From assembly GCA_963806555.1 (NCBI GenBank), contig CAWDYR010000016.1, forward strand, positions 98,108 through 162,107: 64,000 nucleotides of DNA, given 5' to 3'. Both the position numbers and the translations under genes were made by a program. The stretch comes from an uncultured Bacteroidales bacterium. GTDB lineage: Bacteria; Bacteroidota; Bacteroidia; Bacteroidales; VadinHA17. The notes under the pieces are model-generated. The model did not search any database. It was given only the letters and a program-made list of their open reading frames with translations, and had not been told where the DNA came from. The first letter of the stretch is position 1; the number at the start of each line of letters is the position of its first letter. This document shows positions 1-9,275 of this stretch, piece by piece.

Positions 1-264
1 AATTTTTGTTTTACCCTGAAGCGGCACAAAAATCACATGTCCACCACTTACCTCAAGGTCCATATCCTTCTCATATTTTACTCCGATAATATTCAGGTTG
101 TAATGAGTCCCGGAAGGAGCTCCATTCCCTGTAATCTTAACGCTGTTTAAATCGTTAGAGGATATCTGATTCTGCAATTCAGTATCAGATTTTGAGCAGC
201 TCAACATGACTACAATCACCAATGCCACCATTGGGAAAAAGCTTAAAATTTTTCTGATTTTCAT
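1..264 (-). CDS. lipoprotein, N-terminal part only (runs off the window start)
   Basis: A reverse-strand ATG at 264-262 opens an 88-codon stop-free frame to the window edge. It reads MKIRKILSFFPMVALVIVVMLSCSKSD..., a signal peptide plus lipobox Cys. It is absent from the ORF track because no stop lies inside the window. Confidence 0.55.
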   Translation of the reverse strand, partial: MKIRKILSFFPMVALVIVVMLSCSKSDTELQNQISSNDLNSVKITGNGAPSGTHYNLNIIGVKYEKDMDLEVSGGHVIFVPLQGKTKI

Positions 265-894
265 AACATAATTTTTTAGGGACAAACTAAAAATATAATT
301 ATCGGTAAAAAGTTAATCTGCTAATAATAAGATAATTGTAAGCGACAGAAATATTTCCCAAAAAGTCAGTTTATATTATATTCTGAAATTTTTCCCCTAA
401 TGGAATACGTGATTAATCAATAAAAACTGGTTATTCATCTATAAATAAATGCTGTTGGTCAAAATCAAAAGAAGATAAGAATACCAAGATGAAGATTTGA
501 TGAATTTTTCGGGAAAAAACGGAAGACTGAGGACCGAAGTCAGGGCTGACCGTTAAGAATCCCGCCTTGAAGATCTGGGGATCTGCGGAAAAACAAAAAA
601 ATTTCCCGCAGATTTCGCTGATTTTCGCGGAATCCTTCGATTTGGATATTCTGGGTTTTAATCAAGGGGCTGGTTTAGGGGACAGGTGTGAGTTTGTGAG
701 GGGTAGAAGAGCACTCTTGGCTAACAAATTAAATTAATAAGAATTAAAAAAAGTTTAAAAGCCTTATAGAATAGGCACCCCTCTTTGCGAAGCAGAGAGA
801 GCTCTCCCTGAGCGCAGCCGAAGGGGGACGGGGGTGAGTACGTGAAGATCTGTGAATCTGCGGGTAAACACAGATCTCAGAAGACCTAAGTAGA

Positions 895-1126
895 TGAGGC
901 ACCCCGGCCGGGCAAAGCAGATTGTAGAACTGCTCAAAACCTATAGTCGCAGGCCGAAGCCCTCCCTGAAAAGGGGGCCGAGCGTTAAGAAATCAGCCAG
1001 TGGCTGATTTTAGCGAAGGAGCCAGCCTGCAGGGAAGTATGTGGTGTAGGGGAATTGTAATATATTGCAAATCTGTTACATACAGTTTGATTCATAAGCT
1101 ATCCCATTCCTTAGGATCAGCTATGG
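895..1126 (+). repeat. degenerate partial copy (right half) of the nested-palindrome intergenic element
   Basis: caccccggccgggcaaagcagattgtagaactgctcaaaacctatagtc and attgcaaatctgttacatacagtttgattcataagctatcccattccttagg..ctatgg align with the right halves of the copies at 9578, 20709 and 22986. The CCCCTCC hairpin is degraded and about 50 bp are inserted. Confidence 0.6.
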
Positions 1127-1304
1127 GGGACGGGGGTGAGTACGCTGATCAATCTGCGCGATACAAAAAATACCAACAAATTTCTCCAGGTTATCATTGG
1201 TTAAATTACTTAACATAATCTTCATTAATCGACGAACTGATGAGAAAAGATCCCGGTTTTGTAAAAAGTTATTAACCACGGGCATAGCCTCATCAAAAAA
1301 AACC

Positions 1305-3756
1305 ATGTTTATCCTGGTATTACTGGCAGGTGTTGCTACTTTACATTTTGCCTGCAATAAAACCGAAGATTATCCCAGAAAACCTGACCGTCTTGGATCC
1401 GGCAAAGTCAAGTGGGCGGAATCACTGACTCCGGACGGTTGGACTATGGTAACAAATGAAGACGGGGCTACCCTCGGATATTCAAAGAGCTCCGGACTTC
1501 AGCTTATCCAGGTAGACAGATACGCGTTCAAAGATCTCAACAGGAACAACCTGCTGGATCAATTTGAAGACTGGCGCGTTGACTTTAAAACAAGGGCGGC
1601 AAGCATCGTTAAAGAAATCCCGGTCGATCAGATGATGGGCATGAAAATGAATCCATTCGGTATCGGGAGTGTCAACGCTGATGCACTGGATGATGACATC
1701 AGAAACAGACTGGAAATCGGTTACAGACAGCTGCGGGCACCCGGTTCGAATACCACAGGGAGAGTAAAGGCTTCGTGGAACAACATGGTACAGGAGTACA
1801 TAGAAACGCTTGATAGTATTGTCTGTATTCCTGCGGTCTGGATAGCTGACCCAAGATCAGGAGACGTATCCGACTGGCCGAGCCAACCTTGCTATGGCGG
1901 CAACCTTTGATCCTGAGGTCGGAGCCGAATACGGACGACTGATGTCAGAAGAGTGGCGGGCCATGGGAATATCCATGCAGGTCGCGACACAGATGGACCT
2001 GGCTACGGAACCGCGCTGGAAACGTATCTCCGGTACGTTCGGCGAAGACCCCGCCCTGTCAATGGATATGGCCAGAGCCGTAATTAACGGATGGCAATCT
2101 ACCTACGACACAGCCGGAAATGATCTGGGCTGGGGCGAACACAGTGTGAACAACCAGATGAAGCACTGGCCCGGAGACGGTGCCGCCGAAGGCGGACGCG
2201 AGTCGCATACGCGTGACGGGGCATACAACGTATTCCCGGGCGGTCAGTTCTTCACTCATCTCCTGCCATTTGTTGCATGTATGGACCTGCCGGGCAAGAC
2301 TGAAACGGTAACGGCTGCCATGACGAACTTTTCCGTAGGTATTGAAGCGGATGGTTCGCCGGTTGGTAAAAAGCGTGTCGCCTCAAGCTACAGCCCATAT
2401 AAAATCAATACCGTATTGAGAGGAATGTATGGCTGGGATGGCTATATCCTGACGGACTTCGGGATCATTACAGGCAAGAATTTCGGTGTGGAAGATCTGA
2501 CTCCGGCTGAATGCATGTTAGCGATCCTGGAAGCCGGATGTGATGCCTTCGGCGGTGAGGGCAGATCCGGCAAGGAGGACATTGATCTGGCCATGGAAGC
2601 CTATAAACTCGGGGTTAAGAAGCTCGGCGAAGAAGCAATGAATGAGATAATGAGGCACTCGACCGAAAGAATCCTGAGAACCCACTTCAACATCGGGATA
2701 GTTGACAACCCATATCTCAGCATCGAGAAAGCCGAAACGGTTCCAAACAATGCGGAACACAACGCCCGCGGCTACCAGGCGATGCTCAGATCTGTCGTGA
2801 TGCTGAAGAACAGTGGCGGCATTATTCACAAGGCATCGGCAGGAGCAGGAAAATAGACCGTGTATATCCCCAGGGTGTATTTAGCGGCGACTACCGGGCG
2901 GCAAGCCAGTCCCGCAACAGCCAACCCGGCATTCAATCCCGAAGCAGCCGGAGAGTACTTCAATGTCGTAACTGACGCGCTGGCCGCGAAACTTACAGGC
3001 CCGGCGGATGAAAAGGGCAATCGCACGCTATCGCCAAATGACATCATACGTGCATCTGCAGCAGAAATAGCCAGGTGTGACTTCGCTCTTGTCAGGATAA
3101 CCAGTCCTCAAAACGGGAATCCGACATACATGGGATTCGGAGGTGTTACAACTGACGGCAAGGAATATACATATCTGCCTATTTCACTGCAATATCGTCC
3201 CTACACCGCAAATTCAGAATTCGTGCGTAAGGAGTCTATCGGCGGAGATATGATTGAGGTGACAGAGACATCGCCTGATGGTTATGGCGATATGAAGACA
3301 CTGAAAAAGGAGAATCGCTCATATTTCGGCAAGACCGCAATCATCAGGAATGAAAGTGATCTGGATCTCGTACTGAATGCCGCATCTGCGGCCAAAAAGG
3401 TCATTGTTGCTCTAAACGTGTCAAATCCTATGGTGTTCAGGGAATTTGAGAGCAAGGTCGATGCAATCCTTGTGGGATTCGGTGGTGACAGGTCAGCCTG
3501 GCTGCCCGACAAAGCATTCCTTGAGATTATTGCTGGTCAGGTAGAGCCGTCCGGGCTACTGCCACTTCAAATGCCTGCGAATATGGAGACCGTAGAGGCG
3601 CAATTCGAGGATGTGCCGCGGGATATGAAATGTCATGCTGACAGCGACGGCAACACCTATGACTTTGCATTCGGCCTGAATTGGTCGGGCGTGATCAAAG
3701 ACGACCGCACGGCAAAGTATGATGTTCCTCCGATTGTAGGCGGACCACCTGAATAA
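1305..3756 (+). pseudogene. glycoside hydrolase family 3 (beta-glucosidase/xylosidase-like) lipoprotein, disrupted as assembled
   Basis: Collinear ORFs 1197-1910, 1894-2856 and 2860-3756 together read as a GH3 enzyme. Motifs seen: AATFDPEVGAEYGRLMSEEWRAMGI, EPRWKRISGTFGEDP, KHWPGDG and a C-terminal SGLLPLQMP. A lipoprotein signal MFILVLLAGVATLHFAC starts at ATG 1305. There is one frameshift near 1885-1893 and an in-frame TAG at 2854-2856. Confidence 0.8.
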
Positions 3757-3944
3757 AGGGCCCAAAACCATTAATTCTTGAGAAGTTAAACCTAAATTAC
3801 TTAGCATGAAAAGTTTGGCAAAACCCGGTGTTTTAGGATTACTTGTACTTTCAATTATTTTACATTCATGTAAGAAAGAAATGTGTCTACTTTGCATCCT
3901 TAGCCTTTAAGTCTCTCTCCATTAATCCGTACTTTTTTTCTTTT

Positions 3945-3957
3945 TCGCCGTAGGCGA
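3945..3957. repeat. REP-like hairpin tcgccGTAggcga upstream of the Y1 transposase gene
   Basis: Perfect 5-bp stem with a GTA(G) loop, 125 bp upstream of the RAYT-like ORF. The same design recurs at 3997 and, inverted, at 4607. Confidence 0.55.
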
Positions 3958-3996
3958 TTAATTATTGTAGAAAAACAATCATTATATTAATTTTTT

Positions 3997-4009
3997 ACCG
4001 CGTAGCGGT
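3997..4009. repeat. REP-like hairpin accgcGTAgcggt upstream of the Y1 transposase gene
   Basis: Perfect 5-bp stem around GTA, with the tetranucleotide GTAG spanning the loop and stem. It lies 73 bp upstream of ATG 4082. Confidence 0.55.
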
Positions 4010-4081
4010 TAAACAATTGCTTAGAATTCAGAGAATTATTAAATTTGTTCTAGCTGCATTAGTAATTAAAAAATTCAATCT

Positions 4082-4555
4082 ATGAAGCCTGGAACATTCA
4101 CCCAAATTTATGTTCAGTTGGTATTTGCTGTAAAAAACAGGGAAACCGCGTTAAGAAAGGAAATCAGACCTCATGTATTTGAGTATATGAGTGGAATCCT
4201 GACAAATCAGAAACATAAATCCATTATAATTAATGGACTTTCAAATCATGTCCATATTCTCCTTGGATTGAATCCTTCGATTTCTGTTTCAGATACTGTC
4301 CATGAAGTAAAGAGAAGTTCAACGCTATTTATTAACAGAGAGCGACTCTGCTTTGGCAGATTCTCCTGGCAGGAAGGCTATGGAGCATTCAGTTATAGTC
4401 GTTCGCAAATTTCCAATATTTATAAATATATTGAAAATCAGGAAGAAACTCATAAATTTAAAACTTTTCAAGATGAATATGTTCAATATCTTAAAAAACG
4501 TGAAATGGAATTTGATGAACAATTCTTATATGAATTCTGGGAAAATCCTGTTTAA
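4082..4555 (+). CDS. IS200/IS605-family Y1 (HUH) transposase, REP-associated tyrosine transposase (RAYT)-like
   Basis: Intact 157-aa ORF. It has an HUH-type motif HVHIL and the tyrosine region YKYIENQEETH typical of Y1_Tnp/RAYT proteins. There is no tnpB partner. The gene is visibly more AT-rich than the flanking genes and has small GTAG-loop hairpins on both sides. Confidence 0.8.
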   Translation: MKPGTFTQIYVQLVFAVKNRETALRKEIRPHVFEYMSGILTNQKHKSIIINGLSNHVHILLGLNPSISVSDTVHEVKRSSTLFINRERLCFGRFSWQEGYGAFSYSRSQISNIYKYIENQEETHKFKTFQDEYVQYLKKREMEFDEQFLYEFWENPV

Positions 4556-4606
4556 CCTCTTCGAGGTAATAAAACCATTTTTAATATCTCCGGCTACAAT
4601 AGTTTA

Positions 4607-4619
4607 AGCCCTACGGGCT
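4607..4619. repeat. REP-like hairpin agcccTACgggct downstream of the Y1 transposase gene (inverted relative to the upstream pair)
   Basis: Perfect 5-bp stem. The CTAC loop is the reverse complement of the GTAG loops at 3945 and 3997. It lies 52 bp after the stop codon. Confidence 0.55.
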
Positions 4620-4639
4620 AGGTTTAACCCCTGCTGGAG

Positions 4640-4712
4640 GCATGTGGTGGAGGGGAAATTTATGTTACTGAAATTCAATTGCATACAGTTAGATTCATAA
4701 GTTTCCCTATTC
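4640..4712 (+). repeat. solo right-arm fragment of the nested-palindrome element
   Basis: gcatgtggtggaggggaaatttatgttactgaaattcaattgcatacagttagattcataagtttccctattccttaag matches the right arm (ggaggggaaatgtaa..ttgcatacagtt.gattcataagcta.cccattccttagg) of the full copies. It shares the gYatgtggtgKagggga variant with the copy at 1040. Confidence 0.6.
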
Positions 4713-4854
4713 CTTAAGATCGCACATAACATGTTAGTGCCAAATAAAAAAGCAAATATATTCCCTTAATATTATGATTATAAAAAAAGTCCGCTTACTT
4801 TTGCGGCTCGTTAAAGTACTCCATTTAGCGATGGATGCAGGATGGTATGTTTTT

Positions 4855-4891
4855 CGGGGTGTAGCGCTCCCGATAGCAACTGGTTTGGTTC
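4855..4891 (+). repeat. decayed copy of the 5' half of tRNA-Pro
   Basis: cggggtgtagcgctcccgatagcaactggtttggttc repeats the acceptor-5', D-arm and anticodon-stem sequence of the tRNA that starts 20 bp downstream. It has mismatches and no 3' half. Confidence 0.6.
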
Positions 4892-4910
4892 TTAATATAT
4901 AATAGATATA

Positions 4911-5334
<424 letters not shown>

Positions 5335-5598
5335 CCTAAAGAAACGCAGTCAGCAATAAATCAGTTGATTGCGTTTTTATTTATATGACAATTTCCCCAC
5401 TAAGTCCCCATAAGGCTAAATAATCGTTAAAAATCCGCCTTTTCTTAGCACAAACTCGGCCTTTTAATTCCGGGATCTGCTCCTTAACGATGGCAGTTCC
5501 ATGCCCTAATCACTTATCAACGCAAATTAAAAACACTCCAAAAGTTCTTTTTTACCGGGTTATTATAAGGTAGAGTTGCGAATAATCAAAAAAAAACC

Positions 5599-5606
5599 TA
5601 CATTTG
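5599..5606 (+). promoter_or_regulatory. candidate Bacteroidota sigma-A -7 box (TAcaTTTG)
   Basis: It matches the TAnnTTTG consensus and lies 24 bp upstream of ATG 5630. Confidence 0.4.
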
Positions 5607-5629
5607 CAACAGTACATTAAGACACAACC

Positions 5630-5803
5630 ATGGAATCGAAGCAAATTACATTATTGACTGTTTTGGCAAAAAAAATCAGGACAGAAAAGAAAGACAAAGC
5701 CAGGGTTGTTGCAACATTGCGATCAGCAAAAATTTTAACTAAAGGTGGTAATTTTACAACACATTTTAGTACCTTAAATAAGCTAGTCACATCCTCTAAA
5801 TAA
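5630..5803 (+). CDS. 57-aa basic protein, first gene of a coupled two-gene cassette (candidate antitoxin/regulator)
   Basis: The ORF ATG 5630 to TAA 5801-5803 reads MESKQITLLTVLAKKIRTEKKDKARVVATLRSAKILTKGGNFTTHFSTLNKLVTSSK. It is below the ORF-track size cutoff. Its stop overlaps the next start (TAATG). Confidence 0.45.
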   Translation: MESKQITLLTVLAKKIRTEKKDKARVVATLRSAKILTKGGNFTTHFSTLNKLVTSSK

Positions 5804-6435
5804 TGTATCGTAGGAGACCAAACCTACAAATTGGCTTTCATGGTTGTGATGAAACCGTAAGGCACGATTTAGTTACAAAACCAGACTTAGTAAAAAAAAG
5901 TCAAGAATCATACGATTGGTTAGGTCACGGATTCTACGTCTGGGAGAATAATTACCAAAGGGCCTACCAGTGGGCGAAAGATAAAAAAGCTAGAGGTTCA
6001 CTTAATATTCCATCCGTAGTAGGTGTTGTATATCTATTAGACTATTGCCTGGATTTTACTGATTCTGAATTTATAGGAATTATTGCTCACTACTATGATT
6101 TAATGAAGAAGGATTTGCGACTTGCGGGCAAGGAGCTACCTAAAAACAAAGACCTACCTAAAGATGAATATCACGATTTGATAAAAAGAGAACTGGACTG
6201 TGCTGTGATCGAATATTTACATCAAAAGATAGATGAACAAATAACATCAGATATTTCTAAAAAGGGATTTAGTGAATACAAACACTTTGATACAGTTAGA
6301 GGCATCTTTACCGAAGGTGGCCCGGCATTTGAGGGAGCTGGAATTCAAGCTAAAAACCACATACAGATTTGCATAAGAAACCTTTATTGTATAAAAGGGT
6401 TCTTTTCCCCAAGAAAAGAGATAAAATTTCTCTAA
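5803..6435 (+). CDS. hypothetical protein with H-Y-Q ADP-ribosyltransferase-like motif order (DUF3990-like from memory)
   Basis: Intact 210-aa ORF. The motifs appear in the order seen in PARP/diphtheria-type ART cores: IGFHGCD, then WLGHGFYVWENNYQRAYQWA, then NHIQICIRN. The gene is AT-rich. The family assignment is recollection, not a search result. Confidence 0.45.
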   Translation: MYRRRPNLQIGFHGCDETVRHDLVTKPDLVKKSQESYDWLGHGFYVWENNYQRAYQWAKDKKARGSLNIPSVVGVVYLLDYCLDFTDSEFIGIIAHYYDLMKKDLRLAGKELPKNKDLPKDEYHDLIKRELDCAVIEYLHQKIDEQITSDISKKGFSEYKHFDTVRGIFTEGGPAFEGAGIQAKNHIQICIRNLYCIKGFFSPRKEIKFL

Positions 6436-6743
6436 TTGCCGTGTAGAACCAAGATAATAATGATCAATTGATGGACATGACTTTGTATATTTCTTCACCG
6501 GGAGAGCTTAACTTTGAATAGTATAACATGCCGAGGAAGAAAAAGAATCACTATTTATGGCCCAGGTATGCAACTTGTGGGTTTTCATTTTGAAGTTAGC
6601 GGTCCTAGATCAAGACAGTGACCGTACTCTTGTTCAGTTGTTTAAATGAAGGTCTAATCCTTAATACAGCGAACAGAAAAGCCATCAACTTTATCATTAG
6701 GGCCAAACGAAGTTAAAAAGCCTTGCACGAAGTGCCTGGTTGA

Positions 6744-9275
6744 TCAGTGCAAAAACGTAACATCACCGACTTTATCAAAATAATCTCCGTCGGCATACCT
6801 GCCTGAAGCTTTCCATACATATACTCCCTGAACGGCCAGATTGCCGTCCCTGCTGTAGCCATCCCATCCCTGGTAAAGATCCTTGCTTTCATAAATCAAT
6901 ACCCCCCATCTGTTGAATATCTGTAGCTTGTATTCTATTACATTTTCATAGAAAGGCCTGAACACAAAGTCCATTTCCGGATAACAGCCGGGTCTCCATA
7001 CACCGCCTGTTGGCCCGGTTTCATTCCATTTGAAGACATTGGGGAAATCGATGGAACCTATTTTCCAGTCAACCCTTACGGGAGTCAAAAGCTTCGCAGA
7101 ATCGATACAACCGTCTTTTGATGTTACCGTAAGAGTGACAGTGAAACTGCCCTGTTCCAGATATTTGTGATATGGGTTCTTCTCATCAGAGGTATCCCCG
7201 TCGCCGAACTGCCAGAAGGAAATCGAATCATACATGCTGTTGTTTGAAAAGACAACTATCTGTTCGTTGTTGATGACATTCGTGGGATAAGCCTCCAGAA
7301 TAGCAGTGGGGTTCTGATATACCGTTATAATTCCGTTATGTACCGCTTCTCCGGCAATATTATAAACGATAAGCTTCACTATATAGCTGCCGGGCACATA
7401 GTATGTATGGACAGGATTTTCCTTGACGGAGAATTGGCCGTCACCGAAACCCCAGATATAGGTCTCGCCATAAAGGCTATTATTGGTGAATTGCACAGTG
7501 AGGGGTGAACAGCCGACGGTGTCGGGTGAAAAGTCGGCAACCGGAAAAGGAGGCATAACAATCTGTATATGAATAGTGTCAACTCCATAACAACCATATT
7601 TGTCCATTATGGTCTCGTAGGTTATCACATGCGTGCCAAGCCCGGCAGCAGCAGGATCAAAGACATAACCGGTTACTGCAGGTCCGTAAAAGATACCTCC
7701 TGCCGGTGTGGCGTTCAGGTTGATTGCAGGACTGTTGATATACACCGTCCCTACCTTGTCGATATCCACAACGGGTATCGGAACCACGGTTATATCTTCG
7801 GTGTCGGAGTCCTTGCAATCAGGGTTGGCAATACTGTAGCTTATAATATGGGTGCCGGCTCCTGCAGCTGCAGGATCAAAAATATTGCCCGAGACACCCG
7901 GACCAGACCACACACCTCCAAGATCATGGGCGGTAAGTGTTATCGGAGCGCTGTTTATGCACAGGGTATCCATCGTATTGATGGTTGCATCGGGCGTTGC
8001 CACAGTAATGGTTATCTGATCATTGTCCATGCATCCGTTGGAATCAACTATCTTATAGGTTATCGGATGGTTGCCATAGCCGGATATGGCCGGATTGAAA
8101 GTATCGCCAGTCACTCCGGGCCCTGACCAGATACCCCCCATGGATGGAGCAGTGAGAGCGATTATGGTATCGGTTATACACAATGTAGGAATGGGTGTAA
8201 TGGTTGCATCAGGCACGGGTACAACCTTTACTATTGCCGTGTCAGCATCACTGCAGCCTTCCGCATTTGTTATCTCATACCTGATTATATGATTGCCCAC
8301 CCCGGCTACAACCGGATTGAAGGTATTTCCCGATACACCCCGCCCCGACCAGTCACCACCGGAATCATGGGCTGTCAGAGTCACAGGACTGGCATTGGCA
8401 CACATTCTGGTTAACGGATCGATAGTGGCATCGGGATAATCGACAATCAGGATAATTGCTGTTGTAACCACAGGAGGATGGTCCCCGTTCTGCCGGTCCC
8501 TCGGAGGACCCGGTATGTTCGGATCATCATAAGGATTGCAATAATTCCAGTTTCTCAAAGTGACCTGGAAATACTCACCTATCTGTTTATCAGAGGCTAC
8601 ATTTATTACCTTCGACATAACACCTGAACCGGTTACAGGTCCTGTCAGCGTGATTACATTATCGGTATAGGGGTAACTCCTCGATCTGCCCTCAATGGTC
8701 ACCGGCAGCCCGGTCATTGTGATCTCGGTGCCATAAATCCACTGTATCCATCTTGTATTAACATTCGGATTGTCTCTCTCCTGGGGAGGTACACAGTTGA
8801 ACTGGGTAAGATCCTGAAAACGGACGTCCGCACTGTTCCCGAAACATATCGGATAAACCAGAGGATTGATGTGCATATGCCCTCCGTTGTGATCATCGTC
8901 ATCCCACACTGTCACTATCTGTTCCTGGGTGGATGAAGTACACAGAACACCATTTACTATCAGGGTTGCCTGCGGGTGATAATTGCATACATTCCCCCTC
9001 GATGTGTATGTATTTGTAGAAGTTGCCTGAAACACACCAGGACCCGACTGAATTGCAGGAACCGTTTCGATAAACCCGTTACCCCAGTCATACCGTATAC
9101 TTACCGGCGCACCTGCATTGGTCACGCCAGTGTAGCTGACATTCCAAATTGCGGTGACAGGAGAACACAACCGGTCGGGTGTGATGTTGTTTGCCTTGGA
9201 GATTATAGTACAATTCTGCCCAAAAATGCCGGGGTGTAATAGTAGCAGAAACAGATATAGTAACCACTTCCTCAT
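6744..9275 (-). CDS. secreted multi-repeat protein with PKD domains and a T9SS type-B (gliding-motility) C-terminal sorting domain
   Basis: Intact 843 aa with an N-terminal signal peptide. It has four repeats of about 73 aa (LC..PITLTA..GG.WSGPGV.G..F.P...G.G.H.I.Y). Two PKD-like modules are present (WGFGDG..NPVHTY; WQFGDGDTSDEKNPYHKY). The C-terminal FPNVFKWNE...IFNRWGVLIYES...GWDG...GVYVWK...GDVTFLH resembles the type-B CTD. Confidence 0.8.
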   Translation of the reverse strand: MRKWLLYLFLLLLHPGIFGQNCTIISKANNITPDRLCSPVTAIWNVSYTGVTNAGAPVSIRYDWGNGFIETVPAIQSGPGVFQATSTNTYTSRGNVCNYHPQATLIVNGVLCTSSTQEQIVTVWDDDDHNGGHMHINPLVYPICFGNSADVRFQDLTQFNCVPPQERDNPNVNTRWIQWIYGTEITMTGLPVTIEGRSRSYPYTDNVITLTGPVTGSGVMSKVINVASDKQIGEYFQVTLRNWNYCNPYDDPNIPGPPRDRQNGDHPPVVTTAIILIVDYPDATIDPLTRMCANASPVTLTAHDSGGDWSGRGVSGNTFNPVVAGVGNHIIRYEITNAEGCSDADTAIVKVVPVPDATITPIPTLCITDTIIALTAPSMGGIWSGPGVTGDTFNPAISGYGNHPITYKIVDSNGCMDNDQITITVATPDATINTMDTLCINSAPITLTAHDLGGVWSGPGVSGNIFDPAAAGAGTHIISYSIANPDCKDSDTEDITVVPIPVVDIDKVGTVYINSPAINLNATPAGGIFYGPAVTGYVFDPAAAGLGTHVITYETIMDKYGCYGVDTIHIQIVMPPFPVADFSPDTVGCSPLTVQFTNNSLYGETYIWGFGDGQFSVKENPVHTYYVPGSYIVKLIVYNIAGEAVHNGIITVYQNPTAILEAYPTNVINNEQIVVFSNNSMYDSISFWQFGDGDTSDEKNPYHKYLEQGSFTVTLTVTSKDGCIDSAKLLTPVRVDWKIGSIDFPNVFKWNETGPTGGVWRPGCYPEMDFVFRPFYENVIEYKLQIFNRWGVLIYESKDLYQGWDGYSRDGNLAVQGVYVWKASGRYADGDYFDKVGDVTFLH

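Noticed and set aside
1000-1357. ORFs 1000-1218(+) and 1121-1357(-)
   Set aside because: They sit in the degenerate repeat copy and in the leader of the GH3 gene. They use alternative starts and show no family resemblance.
3556-3897. ORF 3556-3897(-), 113 aa
   Set aside because: It is antisense to the 3' end of the GH3 gene and to the spacer. It shows no family resemblance and conflicts with the plus-strand lipoprotein stub.
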